Part shown: positions 13,311 through 27,163 of the stretch, piece after piece
Numbering within the stretch: the stretch's first letter is position 1
How the letters are laid out: each line of letters starts with the position of its first letter
Origin: Amoebidium appalachense
Lineage: Eukaryota > Protista > Ichthyosporea
Direction: 5' to 3'
Assembly: GCA_963693365.1 (NCBI GenBank)
Contig: CAVNZM010000003.1
Location: 12,125,651 to 12,189,650, forward strand
Length of the DNA stretch: 64,000 nt
Made by a program: the position numbers and the translations under genes
Notes under the pieces: model-generated
What the model was told of the DNA's origin: nothing
What the model saw: only the letters and a program-made list of their open reading frames with translations
Database searches by the model: none

Positions 13311-16300
13311 ACAAGTGCTCATATGTTTGTAATACGCTGTCCTGGGAACAGATCTGTATAGTGTTCACAGTTGTATGCAATTTTGTGCAATCTTGATTGA
13401 GTACCTAGAAGCCGGTCTGTGTCTGTGTAAGCTTGCAGAGTGTATGAATGTGCTTTATCATGTGCACACGAGTGTGTGCATGCATGCGAGTACATGCTCT
13501 TCACAACACATGTAAGCACGTGTGTGAGTGTGAGTGTGAGTGCGTGTGTGCCCCCGCGCAAGAGTACGTGTTGAATTGCAAGCTCTTGCCGGTAAGGGTG
13601 CTTGTGTGTGTGTGTGTGTTTGCATATGCATGTGTGCACCCGCTCGGATGCATGTGCGTATGCTAAAGCCATGGCGGTGTAGCGGTTTCTTCAATGATAT
13701 TTGTCTTATCCATTCTTATATTATAAGGAAAAGGAGAAAGTTCAAAACCTACCAAACGATTGGCCAGGCTCGACAACGAGGTCTGCCTTCCACATCCCCT
13801 CAGCCACATTGGCTAGGCGGAGACTGTTCGCGGGATTCCAAGCACCTGCATGCCCCAACGAGTCAGAAAACACTGCCGTGTGTATAAGTGTGAACATGCT
13901 TTCACAAAAGACAAAGTCAGCCACGTGAAATGCTACTACGATCACATAGAGTGTACCCAAGGTCTGTGCCTATTATTAGATTGATTGGGTATCAGCAGGT
14001 TGTTGCAACATAAGGCTGCCTGGAAAACCAGAATCAGGTAAGATCCCGTCAATGAAATCATGCAGAGTTGCTAGCTAAGAATACTAAACAGTCACCAGTT
14101 ATTGATTCAATGCATTGACTATGCATCCGAATGCCCCCCATGGAATAGAAATCAGCAATCAGCAGGCGTTTGGACGCCACGTGAATGGCTCTCGAATACG
14201 GTATCTTACTGTAGGTGCACAGCTTCGTTTCAACAAGCACATACCATCAGCACAAGCACAGGAAAGGGCACCAAAAAAAGGGGGGGGGGTTGAAGATTGA
14301 CTGTAGCACATGCGATAGACAAAAGAAAGAAGAATGGAAGGAAGGATGAGAGGAAGAGGAAGGAAGAATGAAGTTTTTTGGTGTGCCTCGTATCATATTT
14401 ATTATGTGTTTTCTATTGCAGTTACATATGGCACGCACAAGCACGCATGGCTAGTCACATCATTGCACGTTGGCAGGCATGCACACACTAACAAACATAC
14501 CAAGTTGTGGGATGTTGCCGACGGCTGCAACCTCGCCTTCGGAGGGGCCTTGCACCTCGAGAGTGACGGCAACTGCATGGTTACAACAATCAGTGCCAAG
14601 TATTAGAGTATGTATTTGGTACTTTTGCAGCCGGGGCATAGCGAGACGTTTGTGTGTATGTGTATGTGCGTGCGTACCTGGTGGTGGCGGAGGGAGAAAG
14701 AAAGTGTATATGTGGGTGCTTGTGCGTGGATGTGCACGTGGGCGTGAGACGGCCTGTGTGCATGTGGTATGTTTTGAGCTTGCATGATTGCTGGATGTCT
14801 CAGCATGTGTGCTGCAGGGTGACTGTGCCGGCGGTTGGCTGCGTTTATGGTTGCGTATGTAGCTGTGCATGTGCGTGCTGTGTAGGTTATCCATACAACC
14901 AAAACTTTGTACGCTATTTCTGCAAGAGTTGCACACCCGAGGAAAATGTTATGTCTTCTCCTTCTTTCCTTCCTTCTATCCCTCTTTCGTTTTCCCCTTG
15001 TATATTTTCTTAAGGGGGGAGAGGGGGGGGGTTTTGAATGCGTCAAAAAGTACGAAGTACACAAGAACAAACGGATAACACGATGCAGAATGCAAGCCAT
15101 ACATAAAGAGTATGCATAATAAGCAGAGCCCATCCTCAGGGGGGGCCCACGTCATCCACAGTACCCGAGTTTCGACCTATTCCCCTCGTTAACGAAAACG
15201 GGGGGGGGGGGGGGGGGGGGAGGATGGAAGTTAGGGGTGGTAGCTATCTGACCGAGACACCACCAGTGCATGAGACCACATAAATTCATAGAAGACGTCA
15301 TTGCAAGGACCACAAAAGAGTCAAGCAGGTGGGCGGCCAGAAAGGAAGGGGTCGGAGGTTTGTTGTTGTTGGGGGGGGGGGGGGGGGGATCAGGGGAGAA
15401 CACAAGCACACCTGTGGGCTGTGCTGCTGCATCCTCGACAGGTGCAGGTGCACCGGGTGCCTCCACCACCGCCTCAACCTCCGGTTGTGCCACGGGCGTA
15501 GGCTCTGGCTCAGACACAGGTGCCACGTGCTCCACAGGCGTTTCCACTACGACGGGTGCAGGGGACTCAGCAACGGGAGCTTGCTCGTGCACGGGTGCCT
15601 CAGTGGAAACCTCCTCTGTGTGTGTCTCCTTCTCCGCATCAGCGGGTGTGGGTGCCGGGGACTCCCTTTCCTGCACGTGCGCGGCCGGTGCAACCTCTTC
15701 AACAACAACCGCTGCCTCATCCTCCTCCTTCTGTTGCTGTTGTTGTTTTGCCGCCTTTTCGACATTCTGCTTTACAAGTTCCTCCAACTGTGCAAGGTGG
15801 TCGTTGCGCACCTGCACCGCACTCTCCAGCTCAGCCACCTTTGACCCCAGCGCCGCCTGCTTGTTGACCTCCTGCCCCACCAGCACGTGGGTCTTTGCCT
15901 CGTGCGTGTCTGCGGCGTCCGCTGCGCTGTATGCCGACCACAGCGCCTGCGCGTGCTCCGCCTCGTACATGGCAACCATGCGTGCCGCCGCCTGCTTGCT
16001 TTCCGCATCATCCGATTTTGCCTTTTCCTCAACCGCCACCACCACTTCTTCCACCTTCTCCTTCTCCTCGGTTATATTCTCAGTGGCGTCCGCATGAGCA
16101 CTCACCACAGTCTCCTCGACCTCGATACTACCCACCTCGTTAACTTCACTGGTGCCGTTGGGTGTGGCAGCCACCGTGGCTGCTGCGGCGGCGACAAGAG
16201 GGACTGATGCTGCTGTTGCTACTGCGGGGGTGATGGTGATGTCGTTGGGGACGATGGATGTGGGCTCAAAGTCGTTGTCCACCTGAGATGCAAGCTGCTG

Positions 16301-16970
16301 CTTGATCTTTTCCAGCACCTGAAGGGGGGGGGTTTGGGTGAAGGGGGGGGAGGGGAGGGGAGGGGAGGGGACGGGAGGGGAGGAGGTGGGGGAGGGGGGG
16401 GGGAGGGGTTGGGGAGGTTAGAATGTGGCTCAGAGTAGAGGGTAGACGTGCATTGAACGACGGACAATACGATGCAGAGTGCACTGCACACACAAGGAGT
16501 ACGCATTTTGGCAGAGCCCTATCCTTCGGGGGAGAGGAGAGGGGGGGGGGGTTTTGAATGCGTCAAAAAGTACGAAGTACACAAGAACAAACGGATAACA
16601 CGATGCAGAATGCAAGCCATACATAAAGAGTATGCATAATAAGCAGAGGAGAGGGGGGGGGGGGGGGGGGGGGGATAGAGAGTCTTTCAGAATACAAGAG
16701 ATGGGTCCATGACGGACAACAAAATGCAGATTGCAAAGCATACAAGAAGAGTGTATGCATAGGGGGGGAGGAGGGGATATAATTTGTTCAGAGTAGGGAG
16801 CTGACATGGGTTTACGATAGACAAAACAAATACATGTTTTGCAGAGCAGCACACACAAAGAGTACGGAACATAAGAGCACATGTTCCCAAGAGCAGAAAG
16901 GGGTGAGAGGTGATGTAGCACTAAAGAAAGTTGGAATCATGGAAGGGGCGTGTGTGGGAGGGGGGAAGGG

Positions 16971-17009
<39 letters not shown>

Positions 17010-20000
17010 GGAAATAGTACATGCTCTCATGTTTAACCACTAGCGCCATTTTGGCTACGAGGCAAACCGCAGTCAATTCTGCAATGAGAACCAACCACAC
17101 ACGAAACTTGGCTGTCTTTCTATGGACGATTTGTGTGGATTATATGGTAACGAGGTTCAATGTACATTATTCTAACCGCCCGCACCTCGCCTTTCCTATC
17201 ACAGAGCGCATATAGTTCCACCCAGCATTCATGCATATGCATTTCTTACTATACGCAGCCACCCACACGAAGAAAAGGCAAATTCGAAACCAACCTGCTG
17301 GTCCTCTTCATAGGTGGTGTTGCCGTTGATGATGTCAGTCACGGGTGCCCCGGCAGATGCGTTTGCCCAGTCGTACGTGCCGACACTGGCCACACTTGCA
17401 ACACTGACGGCAGCCTGTGCCGGCTCCACTACATGCTGCACCGTAGCCACTTCGATCGATCGTGCCGAAACCTCCACCGCCTCTGCGGCCTTCCGCGCCT
17501 CCTCTTCTGCCGCCTTCCGTGCGGCTTCCTCCTCCGCCGCCTTTCTTGCCGCCTCCTCCTCCGCTGCCTTACGGGCAGCTTCCTCTTCCGCCGCCTTCCG
17601 TGCGGCTTCCTCTTCAGCAGCCTTCCGTGCGGCTTCCTCTTCCGCAGCCTTCTCAGCCGCCTTCCGTGCGGCTTCTTCTTCCGCAAGTTTCCGTGCAGCT
17701 TCCTCCTCTGCGGCCTTTCTGGCCGCCTCTTCTTCCGCCGCCTTCCGTGCGGCTTCCTCCGCCGCCGCCTTCCGTGCGGCTTCCTCTGCCGCCGCCTTCC
17801 GTGCGGCCTCTTCTTCCGCCACCTTCCGTGCGGCCTCTTCTTCCGCCACCTTCCGTGCGACCTCCTCTTCCGCTGCCTTCCGTGCGGCTTCTTCTTCCGC
17901 TGCCTTCCGAGCAGCCTCTTCCTCTGCAAGTTTCCGTGCTGCTTCCTCCTCTGCGGCCTTTCTTGCCGCCTCCTCTTCCGCGGCCTTCCGTGCAGCCTCA
18001 GCCGCTTTGCGAGCCACTGCTTCAGCTGCTTTGCGCTCTGCCTCTTCCTTCTTCTTCCGTGCCTGTTCTTCCTTTTTCCTCTCCTCCTCCTCCTTCTTTC
18101 GCTTTTCCTCCTCCTCCTTTAGGCGGGCTTCCTCCTCCTTTCTCTTCCTCTCCTCCTCCTCCCTCTTCTTCTTCTCAGCCTCCTCCTTCTTCCTTCTAAT
18201 CTCCTCCTCCTTCTGCCTCTTTGCCTCCTCTTCCTGCCTGCGCCTTTCCTCTTCCTCTCGCTTCTTCTTTTCCTCCTCCCTTTTCTTCTCCCTCTCTATC
18301 CTTGCGTGCTCCTTTTCCAGTGCCTTAAGCTCCTTAACACGTTCTTCCTCCTCTGCCTTTTTCTTTGCCTCCTCAGCCCTCTTTTCCTTCTCCCTCTTAG
18401 CTTGCTCTTCCTCCTCCTGTTGTTTGCGTTTGCGTTCCTCCTTTTCCTGCAGCCGCTTTTCCTCCTCAGCCTTTCTGGCCAATCGCTGTGCCTCCTTCTC
18501 AGCCCGCTCTTGTTCACGCCGGAGTCTGCAGAGACGTTTCTTAGCATGTATTCTCCATCCTTAAATGACGGCGTGGAACCCAACCCCCCCCCCCTCTCCC
18601 CCGTTTCTCCCGCCCCCCCCCCCCCCCCCCCAACCACCACCACCATACGCCCCCATCCCCCCCCCCCCCCAAAAAAAAAAAAAAAAGGGAAAAAAAAAAA
18701 ATTGTTCCCCGCCAACATACACACCCACATCAAGAAAAGAATATCCCGGTTACTTACAGTCCACCATAATTCTCAAACCAGGCCATGGGGCTTAGCTGTG
18801 TCCAAAGGTAGAGGATGGACGAGCAAAAACCGAGGAGTCAAATAGTAACATGCATAGACACTCTCTTAACCCCCTCCATACCCCCCCCTCCCCCCAAACA
18901 CACACACACACGCACCCCACCCCCCATCATCACCCCAGAAAAAAAAACAAAAAAAAACACCGAAATTCACATCAATATCTGGTCGATTTGCCTGCCCCCT
19001 ACACACCCCTTGTACCCCTCACCCCTCCTGAAAGCGTGTGTGGGTGCCTGCGTTTGGGAGGGACAGAGGGGGGGGGGGGGGGGGGGGGGGGGTCTGTATG
19101 TGTGCATTTCGGTGTGTACAGGAAAAACAAACGCACACATCTAATCACACTTGCCTGTAACTGCTTCCCGATTGCTTTAGCAGGGGGGACGGTGGGGACG
19201 GTAAGCTAACTTCAGAGCAAACTGGCTTATTTGCCTCCCATAACCCAATACAGCAACCACCACACAACATACCTCAGTTCTTCCTCATGGGCCTTGATCT
19301 GTGCCTCCAGTTCAGCCTTCTTCTGTGCAGCCTCCTTCTCAGCACGTTCCTGTTCCCTGCACCACACCAAGCACACATTAGAGCAGAATCTAAATACCGG
19401 AACGGTTGACTAAGGTAGTCCAAACCAGGCAGGCATATCCAAGCACACGCAACAAGCAGGCTCAAAACTGAACTGAACTGGCAGTCCCTCATGTCAAGAA
19501 TCACAATTTACGGCAGAGCAAAAACGCAAAATCAGGCTCAAGCTCTTACCTGCGCAGCTCTTCCTCTGGGTCGGTCTCGCCGGCTGCCTTGTGCTTTCTC
19601 TTCTTCAGGGACTTGTTGGAGTGGGCAGGTGACTCAGCATGGCTGACGCTTGAGTCTTCTTGCTTCACGGTGATTTTCCGTGTCTTGGGCGCTGCCTTGA
19701 CCTTGGGAGCCGGCTGAAGGAACACGATTGCTTAGTTCCACCTGGTCTAACCAAAGGGCTGAGATTTTCAATCTCTAACCCAGATGCAGACGTCCAACAA
19801 AACATCATCTCTCACGAACACACACACCAAACATCAAGACAGCCGTGACAGCTACAACGGAAACACAGCCACAAAATCCAAGCAATCTGATGTCAAACAG
19901 GTTCACAGAACACCTATCAGTTCAGTTAGGAGAACATGGATACCTTTGTGGAGCCGCCGAAGATGAAGTAGGCCACACCAAACAAGACAAGGGTGATGAT

Positions 20001-20280
20001 CCCCAACAGGCCGTATACCACGCCGAGGCTCTGGAAACGGGAGACGACTGTGTGAGTGAAATCGGCACATAAACAACTTTACAGAAGACAAAAACAACAG
20101 GCCTACGAAAAGAATTCAGTGCTGGCAGCCACAAACCACAGCAGCTTCATGGAAGACACTTCACCCAAAAAGATCAAGAGAGGGGGGCGGGCTGCTATTA
20201 GTCACCAAAAAGCTATGTATGCCATAGCTAGCAGCCGCATTCCTCTTGAAACTTACCGTGTCGAACCCCGGGCCCGCCAT
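12839..20280 (-). CDS. 924-aa N-terminal signal-anchor / long coiled-coil / C-terminal CBM20 starch-glycogen-binding protein (STBD1/genethonin-1-like architecture)
   Basis: Nine exons, all GT-AG with consistent phases: 20280-20257, 20030-19944, 19713-19550, 19356-19273, 18525-17295, 16318-15412, 14572-14501, 13845-13753, 12951-12839 (2775 nt). N-terminus [34 protein letters not shown] is a TM helix, followed by Lys-rich, EKR-rich and (AAEEEAARK)n segments. C-terminus [66 protein letters not shown] matches CBM20. Confidence 0.92.
15032..15199 (-). mobile_element. G-run-associated retroposon family B (relative of family A)
   Basis: Begins TTTTGAATGCG next to a G-run and shares AAGCAGAGCCCATCCTCAGGG.GGGCCCA.GTCATC...GAGTTTCGACC with family A. 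Its first ~95 bp are identical to 16552-16644. Confidence 0.75.
16552..16644 (-). mobile_element. Family B truncated copy with TSD
   Basis: Flanked by AGAGGAGAG(G)n at 16533-16551 and 16645-16663. Confidence 0.75.
17480..18045 (-). repeat. Coding 27-bp tandem repeat, (AAEEEAARK)n, about 20 units
   Basis: Visible in the ORF 17229..18482 translation. Synonymous variation between units indicates protein-level constraint. Confidence 0.9.
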
Positions 20281-20616
20281 CTTCAAACAAGTCCAAGCGC
20301 CAAAGCGGAAAAACAAAGACCGACCGATGGAGTGTAAATTTGAAACAGCTGACTGAGGAAACAGAGGGCTCGAGGGAGAGAGAAAAATTCAAAACGAAGA
20401 ATTTCTGTACACGAATTCCCGATCATAGAACACAGACCGGCTTCTCTACTACATGACTATTCACCAATAGTAGGGCGCTTTTTGAGATGGAGCAAGTACT
20501 GATGGTTAGAGATAAGCATTTTTATACAATCAGCTAAGGTTCAAAAATAGTTGCGTTGCCGGGCTCCCCCGCATTCAAGAGTTGATGGCGCACTTTCCTT
20601 TTTTATGTTTGGCCTC

Positions 20617-20668
20617 CGCCAATCACAAACGGCCGATATCTGTTTCTAGGTGGCAGCCAATCACATAA
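20617..20668. promoter_or_regulatory. Paired CCAAT boxes upstream of the CBM20 gene
   Basis: GCCAATCACA occurs twice, ~38 bp apart, ~340-380 bp upstream of the ATG at 20280. Confidence 0.5.
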
Positions 20669-21409
20669 GACCGGGCATTTTCAAAGTTCAGTGGTTTGAG
20701 TTTTTTCATAAAACGATCGAGTCAGAAACTGGACTCGGCATGGAACGTAGCATGCTACGATGCAAGGAGACATGCTAACGAATCAGCAACGATGGGTTCA
20801 CTCATAACCAAAAACCGAAAACAATTTTCAAAAGACCCGCCGTGTTAGCCCTTCTTGCTGGATTCGAAAAAAGCCTGAATGTTCAAGGCCTTATGTTTCA
20901 CGGGTGGCCCCAAGGTGGGATCTTGTAAGGATGTGGGCTGGGTTTGAAGGAGTGAGGAACTACATCCCCAATGCTCCTGTTTACTCATTCCATTCAATAT
21001 ATAAACGGGAGTGCGCATCCCTAATTCAAAAAAGGCGTGCAGTAAACCACCGCTCTCACTACCATGCAGCTCCTTTTTTTCGACACCCCATCATCACTCC
21101 CTCCTGGCGTGCTGGGACCCTCCGGAGGAGGAGGGGAGAGGCGGAGGATGGGGAAGAGGAGGGAAAGGGGCGGTTTGGCCCCATATCCACTACCCTAGAA
21201 CAATCGAACGTAGGAGCAACATTGACAAGCATACACACAGGTAGTGCATGCATTTATGCACACACACCAACGCCATGAGTGCAAACCGTTGATACCGTGG
21301 TACTTAGGTAGCTTCCCGTTTGCACATCTGCTCAACCTGACACACATGCACACCGTGGCAGAAAAACACTCGCTGTGGCACGCACACACACGGACACGCA
21401 TACACAGTG

Positions 21410-21478
<69 letters not shown>

Positions 21479-21709
21479 GGCACGACTGCACCTACACAGT
21501 GATATGCACGCATGCACGTACGAACACTTGCACGTGCACCTGAGACCTACACACAGCACAAGTACATTTTTACACACATACCTGTTTGTAATCACATACC
21601 CTTAGAGTCAGACTACAAAACGTGACGTTCGCTCTGTTGAATTGACACTTGGGTATTTTTGAATTTGAAATAGGTGGGTGGGGAGTATTGAATATCCCCG
21701 TCCCCCATG

Positions 21710-21868
21710 GCGAGAGTCGAAGCCCATGCTTTTGTGGAGGCATAGGAACCCCCCTGATGATGGGCTCTGTTCAAGTGTCTTCTGCCTGCAGGCTTCTTAT
21801 TTTGTAACATTTTTGTTGTTGCTCTTTGTTGTCTCCTCCATATTTCCAACCCTCTAACGCATACATCA
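21710..21868 (+). mobile_element. C-run-terminated retroposon family C
   Basis: Contains CCCCTGATGATGGGCTCTG, compared with CCCTGAGGATGGGCTCTG in families A/B. Ends AACGCATACATCA-CCCCC. The last ~40 bp recur in the opposite orientation at 61733-61774. Confidence 0.6.
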
Positions 21869-22032
21869 CCCCCTCCCCCAACTTCCCCCCTCCCCCCGCG
21901 CACCCCCTCCCCCCCCCCCCCCCTCCCTTCCCCAAGGTAGCCGCGGGGGGGGGGGGGGGGGGGGGGGGGGAGGGGGGGGATGGGAGGGGCGAGGGACCTA
22001 CCTGGGCAAGTGGGGTGGTGAGTCCCCCCCCT

Positions 22033-22073
<41 letters not shown>

Positions 22074-22650
22074 CCGCCGCCGCCGCCGCCGCCGCCGGCG
22101 GTGTGCCCGTGATCATGCCGCCAGACTCTCATTTCCACTCACCCAAGGTTGTAGTCGTTAATTTTTTTTTCCTTGTCTTTTTCATTTTTTTTTTTTTTTG
22201 AGAAACTGCTTCGGTTTTGGCCACTGATGCATATCCCCCACCAAAACACACACACACACACACAAACTTCCCACCCCTTTGTGCTGGTGCCCTTCTTCTG
22301 CCGGATGCATACTCTTCATGTGGTCTTTGCAAAATCTTCTTTGTACAATTGTCCACGGCAAATGTGTACTACCAATATGCTCTATAACATTTCCTAACGA
22401 CCCCCCCCCCCCCCCCCCCTCCCCCCCCCCCCCCCCCCCCCCGGCCCCCACCTGTCTCAAATCATTCCCCATTCCCCCCCCCCCCCCCCCCCCCCAACCC
22501 GCCTCCTCCCTCTGAGTCACCCTGCTCATGATCATTTACACACATCGTGATGTATATACATAGATAATATGAGATATATATATATATCATATATCGTTTG
22601 ATATATATATTACTATGATGCATGTGCACACGTGCATGCACGTGTACACG

Positions 22651-22695
<45 letters not shown>

Positions 22696-23477
22696 ACGTG
22701 CAACGGCCAACTATTTCCAAATTATAAATTATTGGGGCCAAGGTTATCGTGCACACCGTGCAGTGTCCGTGTGCGTATCTGTGTGGCGGGGAATGAATGT
22801 GTGTGGTGTGGTTTGTGTATCTGCATGTTCATGCGTATGTCGGGTGCTCATCGCTGGTCGAAGTTTGTGCACCACGTGTGTGTGCGTGGTACATGCATGT
22901 GCAGGACGTGTCCATTACATAGATGCGAAAGTGTGTGCGCGGTGGGGCGACTGGAGACGAGTGCGAGAGAGGGGGGGGGGGGGGGAGGGAGACAGGGGCC
23001 CGGGAGGGCGGGGGCGGCGGCGGGGGGGGGGGGGGGGGGGGGGGTAGAATGACGACCGTACGGCATATAGATTGAGTTTCAGGTGATCAAGGACTCCTAT
23101 AAGTTAGCCCCCAGTGTTTACTTTTCGAAAATGTATGCAAGGGGCTGCTAAACTATTGTACTACTGTGTGATCAGGTCACAGTATCTGATAGTCACATAA
23201 TGGCAGGCTTTGGGTTGGGTCCGGCTAGGGGTGGTTGCCCCCCCCCCCTCCCCCCCTCCCCCCCCCCCGCCGCCCCTTCCCCCCCAAAGTTACCACTACC
23301 CCCCCCCATCCCCCCCCCTCCCCGTTTCAAAATCAAGAATCCCTTATCCTTGACACACACGTGCAACCGCATACAGTGACTGCAACAAGCTAGGGTCTGT
23401 CCCGCACATTGCTTACCCATGCGCCAGCTGCAGCCTGCTGTCCGCCGCTATTTTTTGGCTATTGGGAAGGGAGCGGG

Positions 23478-23513
<36 letters not shown>

Positions 23514-23609
23514 TGATGTGTGTCGACAAGACACGTATCAGTTAACACAGGCAAGCAGGCACACTCCTCAAAAGCACAACCACATTTGCTTTTTATAAGT
23601 AGTCTGTGT

Positions 23610-23656
<47 letters not shown>

Positions 23657-23785
23657 GTGTGTGTGTGTGTTTGTGTGTGTGTGCGTGTGTGTTTGTGTGT
23701 GTACACATCTTGTGTGTGTGTGTGTGTGTGTCTGTCTGTTTATTTGTGTGTGTGCGTGTGTGTGTGTGTCACGGTGTGTGTATCA

Positions 23786-23828
<43 letters not shown>

Positions 23829-23892
23829 CACTGTATGTGTGTGTGTGTTGTGTGTGTATTTGTGTGAGGGAGGACAGGCGGAGGACGGACGA

Positions 23893-23923
<31 letters not shown>

Positions 23924-25525
23924 GTTATAAATTATCCTCTGTGTGACCCCAAGGCTTCGTTGCTTGCTATGTCAACAAATGGTGCCCTGTCAGTTGTCTT
24001 CTGCTCGATACCCCCGAACGAAAATACACATGTACATAATATGCGCATATTTTGCTCTATTCTTCATGATGACCGCACACGAATGATACAAGAAAATGAA
24101 GATGAACCCCGTCTCCCTCCCCCCCTCCCCCCCTCTGCCGCCGAAGGGGGCGTTTGGATGATGGGGGCCTGGGGTGACCCAACGGCAGGTGTGTGTGTGT
24201 GTGTGCGTGTGTTAGTGTGGGGGGGGGGGGGATGCTTCGTTTATTCTTGAATCATCAGAACATCAACACATCTGGAAGCAGCACGTGGACAATGAAGAGG
24301 ACTCTAGGATGTCAAGTCAATGCCACCCCCTGCCCCACCCTCCCACCCACCAAAAAAAAAAAAAAAAAAAAAAAGATGAACGGGGTAAGGAAGGAAAATA
24401 ATGGTTCACCTCGCGGGGGAAATGTTTGGGGGGGAGGGGAGGGGGGGGGGGGGGGGGGGGGGAGAAGGGGGGGGGGGAGGGGGGAGGGGGGGGGGGGGGG
24501 GGAGGAGGGAGGGGGGTGGCTCTTGGGACCCAAAGAGACCGAGATTCTGCAAAAAGCCTGCAGTTCAACAAATTATTATTGGGGAAATGAAAAACAGACA
24601 AGGGCATACGTAGACTTGCAGAGAAGGGGGCAAGGGGTGGGAATGGCGGGGGAGGGTTGGAGGGGGGGGAGTGAACGTAGGGTTGGGGTTGTGTGTGTAT
24701 GGGGAGGGGAGGGGGGAGGGGGGAGGGGGGGGTGGGAGGGGGGGGAAACAAACAAAGTACCCCGACGATTATGAATACCAGCCTTCAACTAGATGACTCC
24801 CACCGACAACATTTTGTTTTTTGTTTTCTAGAATTTCTTTTTCTTCCCCCCCTTCGTTTTTTAACACTTTTTTTTTTTTTTTTGAGGGGGGAAGGGGGGG
24901 GGGGGGGGGGGGGGGGGGGGGAGGGGGGGGGGAAAGGGGGCGCAGTGTGTATGTAGTGTATGATTGTGGACCCACCTCTATACATCCCTTCAATCGGCAA
25001 AAAGCAACTTGCAGCATGGTAGGCTCTAGCGGGATCAAACCCAAAGTCCAACCACTGCACAGACAATTGGACCGAGAAACACGCACAGAGGTGCTTTAGA
25101 TATCCTGTCCACTGTTCGACACGGCTCAGTCACCTTCAGATTGCAGCTCACACAGGCTTAACAAGGCACTCGAGTCCCGCGTGTGGAGACAAGAGTGGAC
25201 GAAACCTAGGGAAAGGGGAAGAATGTCCTACCAGCAAGAACCATGGGGAAGGAAGATCAAGTGATATAAGGCAATCTCACACCGGGGGGAGGGATGGGGG
25301 GAGAGGGGGGGGGGGGGGGGGGGGGGGGAGGGGGACTGTAGAAGAGGGGGGAGGGTGGGGAGACTACGGGGGAAGGGGGGGGGGGGGGGGGGGGGGGAGG
25401 GCTCGAAGTGCCAAGGACTCAGAGAGGTGACAACGATTCATGCTGCCCAGCAAAGAGCCCAGTTAATGACTATGCAGCACATGAGATGTTGTACATGGGT
25501 ACCGGTGCACGTAGCCCACGTGGGC

Positions 25526-25571
<46 letters not shown>

Positions 25572-25854
25572 AAGGGTTTGTGAGTTAGATGATGATACCG
25601 ATGTGTTTCCCTTGGAGTGTGGGTGTATATATGTTATGGCATTTGTACTTTTTTCCTTTTTTGGGGGGGGGGGAGGGGGGGGGAGGGAGGGGGGAGGGGG
25701 GGGAAGGGGGGGGGGGGGGGGGGGGGGGATGTTGTTGTGTATGTGTACATGTACACCCACACCGTTGCACTGTAACAGACGCAGACGTTAAGTTTACTTG
25801 TCCCTTCCGCACACGTTCACATACTCACACAGTCATGGACACGCACAGACACGG

Positions 25855-25922
<68 letters not shown>

Positions 25923-26620
25923 TTGCGTGACATTGCATAATACTTTTGTTAGCTGCATTCCTTAACACGTGCACACGCACTGACATACACACATCCGCAC
26001 ACTATGCACACAGCTTTACGCACACGCACAATCATCATCACACACGTACACACACGCCCTTAAGCACACACTGACGAAAACACCGTAGCAAGTTTACGCG
26101 CACACACACATCACACGCACGGTCATCCGCAAAAGGGCCAAACCGTTACCTTGGAACATCCGCTGGTACATAATTATATATGCATGTATACATACAGGAT
26201 ACACATCCATACGTGCACACGCACTGTATATTTAATCAAGCACGTGGCTCCTGCCTGTAACATGTACGTATACTCGAACTGATGCACAGATATAGAATAC
26301 GCCTGGCCCATTCTGGGCTCAGGCAAGCACACATAATAAACACAAACACATACAGGAGGCCGTGGAGCCGTTACTGTAGGTTTTACACATACAACATTTT
26401 ACCACCGTTTACAACAACTGTACGACAACACACAGACTAGAGCACACGCACACACATGTAGACATAGACACACGCGCGCGCAAACACACACGCGCGCGCA
26501 CACACGCCCACAACAGTACTCCTCAGGCTAGTGCCATCGTGCCTTTGCCCACATGCACCGGGTACCCGGTTTGGGGCAGCCGGCGCCGTAGAAATTAATT
26601 AATAGGCAGAAACTGCAGAA

Positions 26621-26813
<193 letters not shown>

Positions 26814-26970
26814 TGTATACACACGCAACGTCACCGCGCGCCTTTCTTTTTACGCAACGTCTTGCCACGCCTTTTCGTGCCCACGTCACGTGTGTGTTTT
26901 TGATCTGTTCGTTGCGTTTGTTCAACCGTTGCAACCGAGTCGGATACACCGACTTACACAGACTTTTCCT

Positions 26971-27163
26971 ATTGGTTTACCGCACTTTACTCTACCACAA
27001 TATGATTGGATCAAGTTGGAAAACTAAATTCATACTACGGTGTGATTGGCACAGTAACTAACCTAAATTAATGAAGTGCTTTTTGTTGCAAGTGTGGTGA
27101 TTGGTCGGTTTCTTGTTGAGTACGAGAGCGCCAATCAATAAGCGGCTACTAAAGGGAGCCAAT
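26971..27163. promoter_or_regulatory. Cluster of six CCAAT/ATTGG boxes (NF-Y-type promoter) upstream of the cyclin
   Basis: ATTGG at 26971, 27005, 27045 and 27100; CCAAT at 27131 and 27159. Confidence 0.65.

Noticed and set aside
17229-18564. TolA-like bacterial protein, or the antisense 416-aa Ser/Ala ORF
   Set aside because: It is exon 5 of the spliced CBM20 gene; the antisense ORF is a by-product of the repeat.
21050-26600. Minus-strand multi-exon gene between the CBM20 gene and the cyclin
   Set aside because: Several exon-like blocks exist, but I could not join them in consistent phase or recognise a domain, so it is not listed as a feature.
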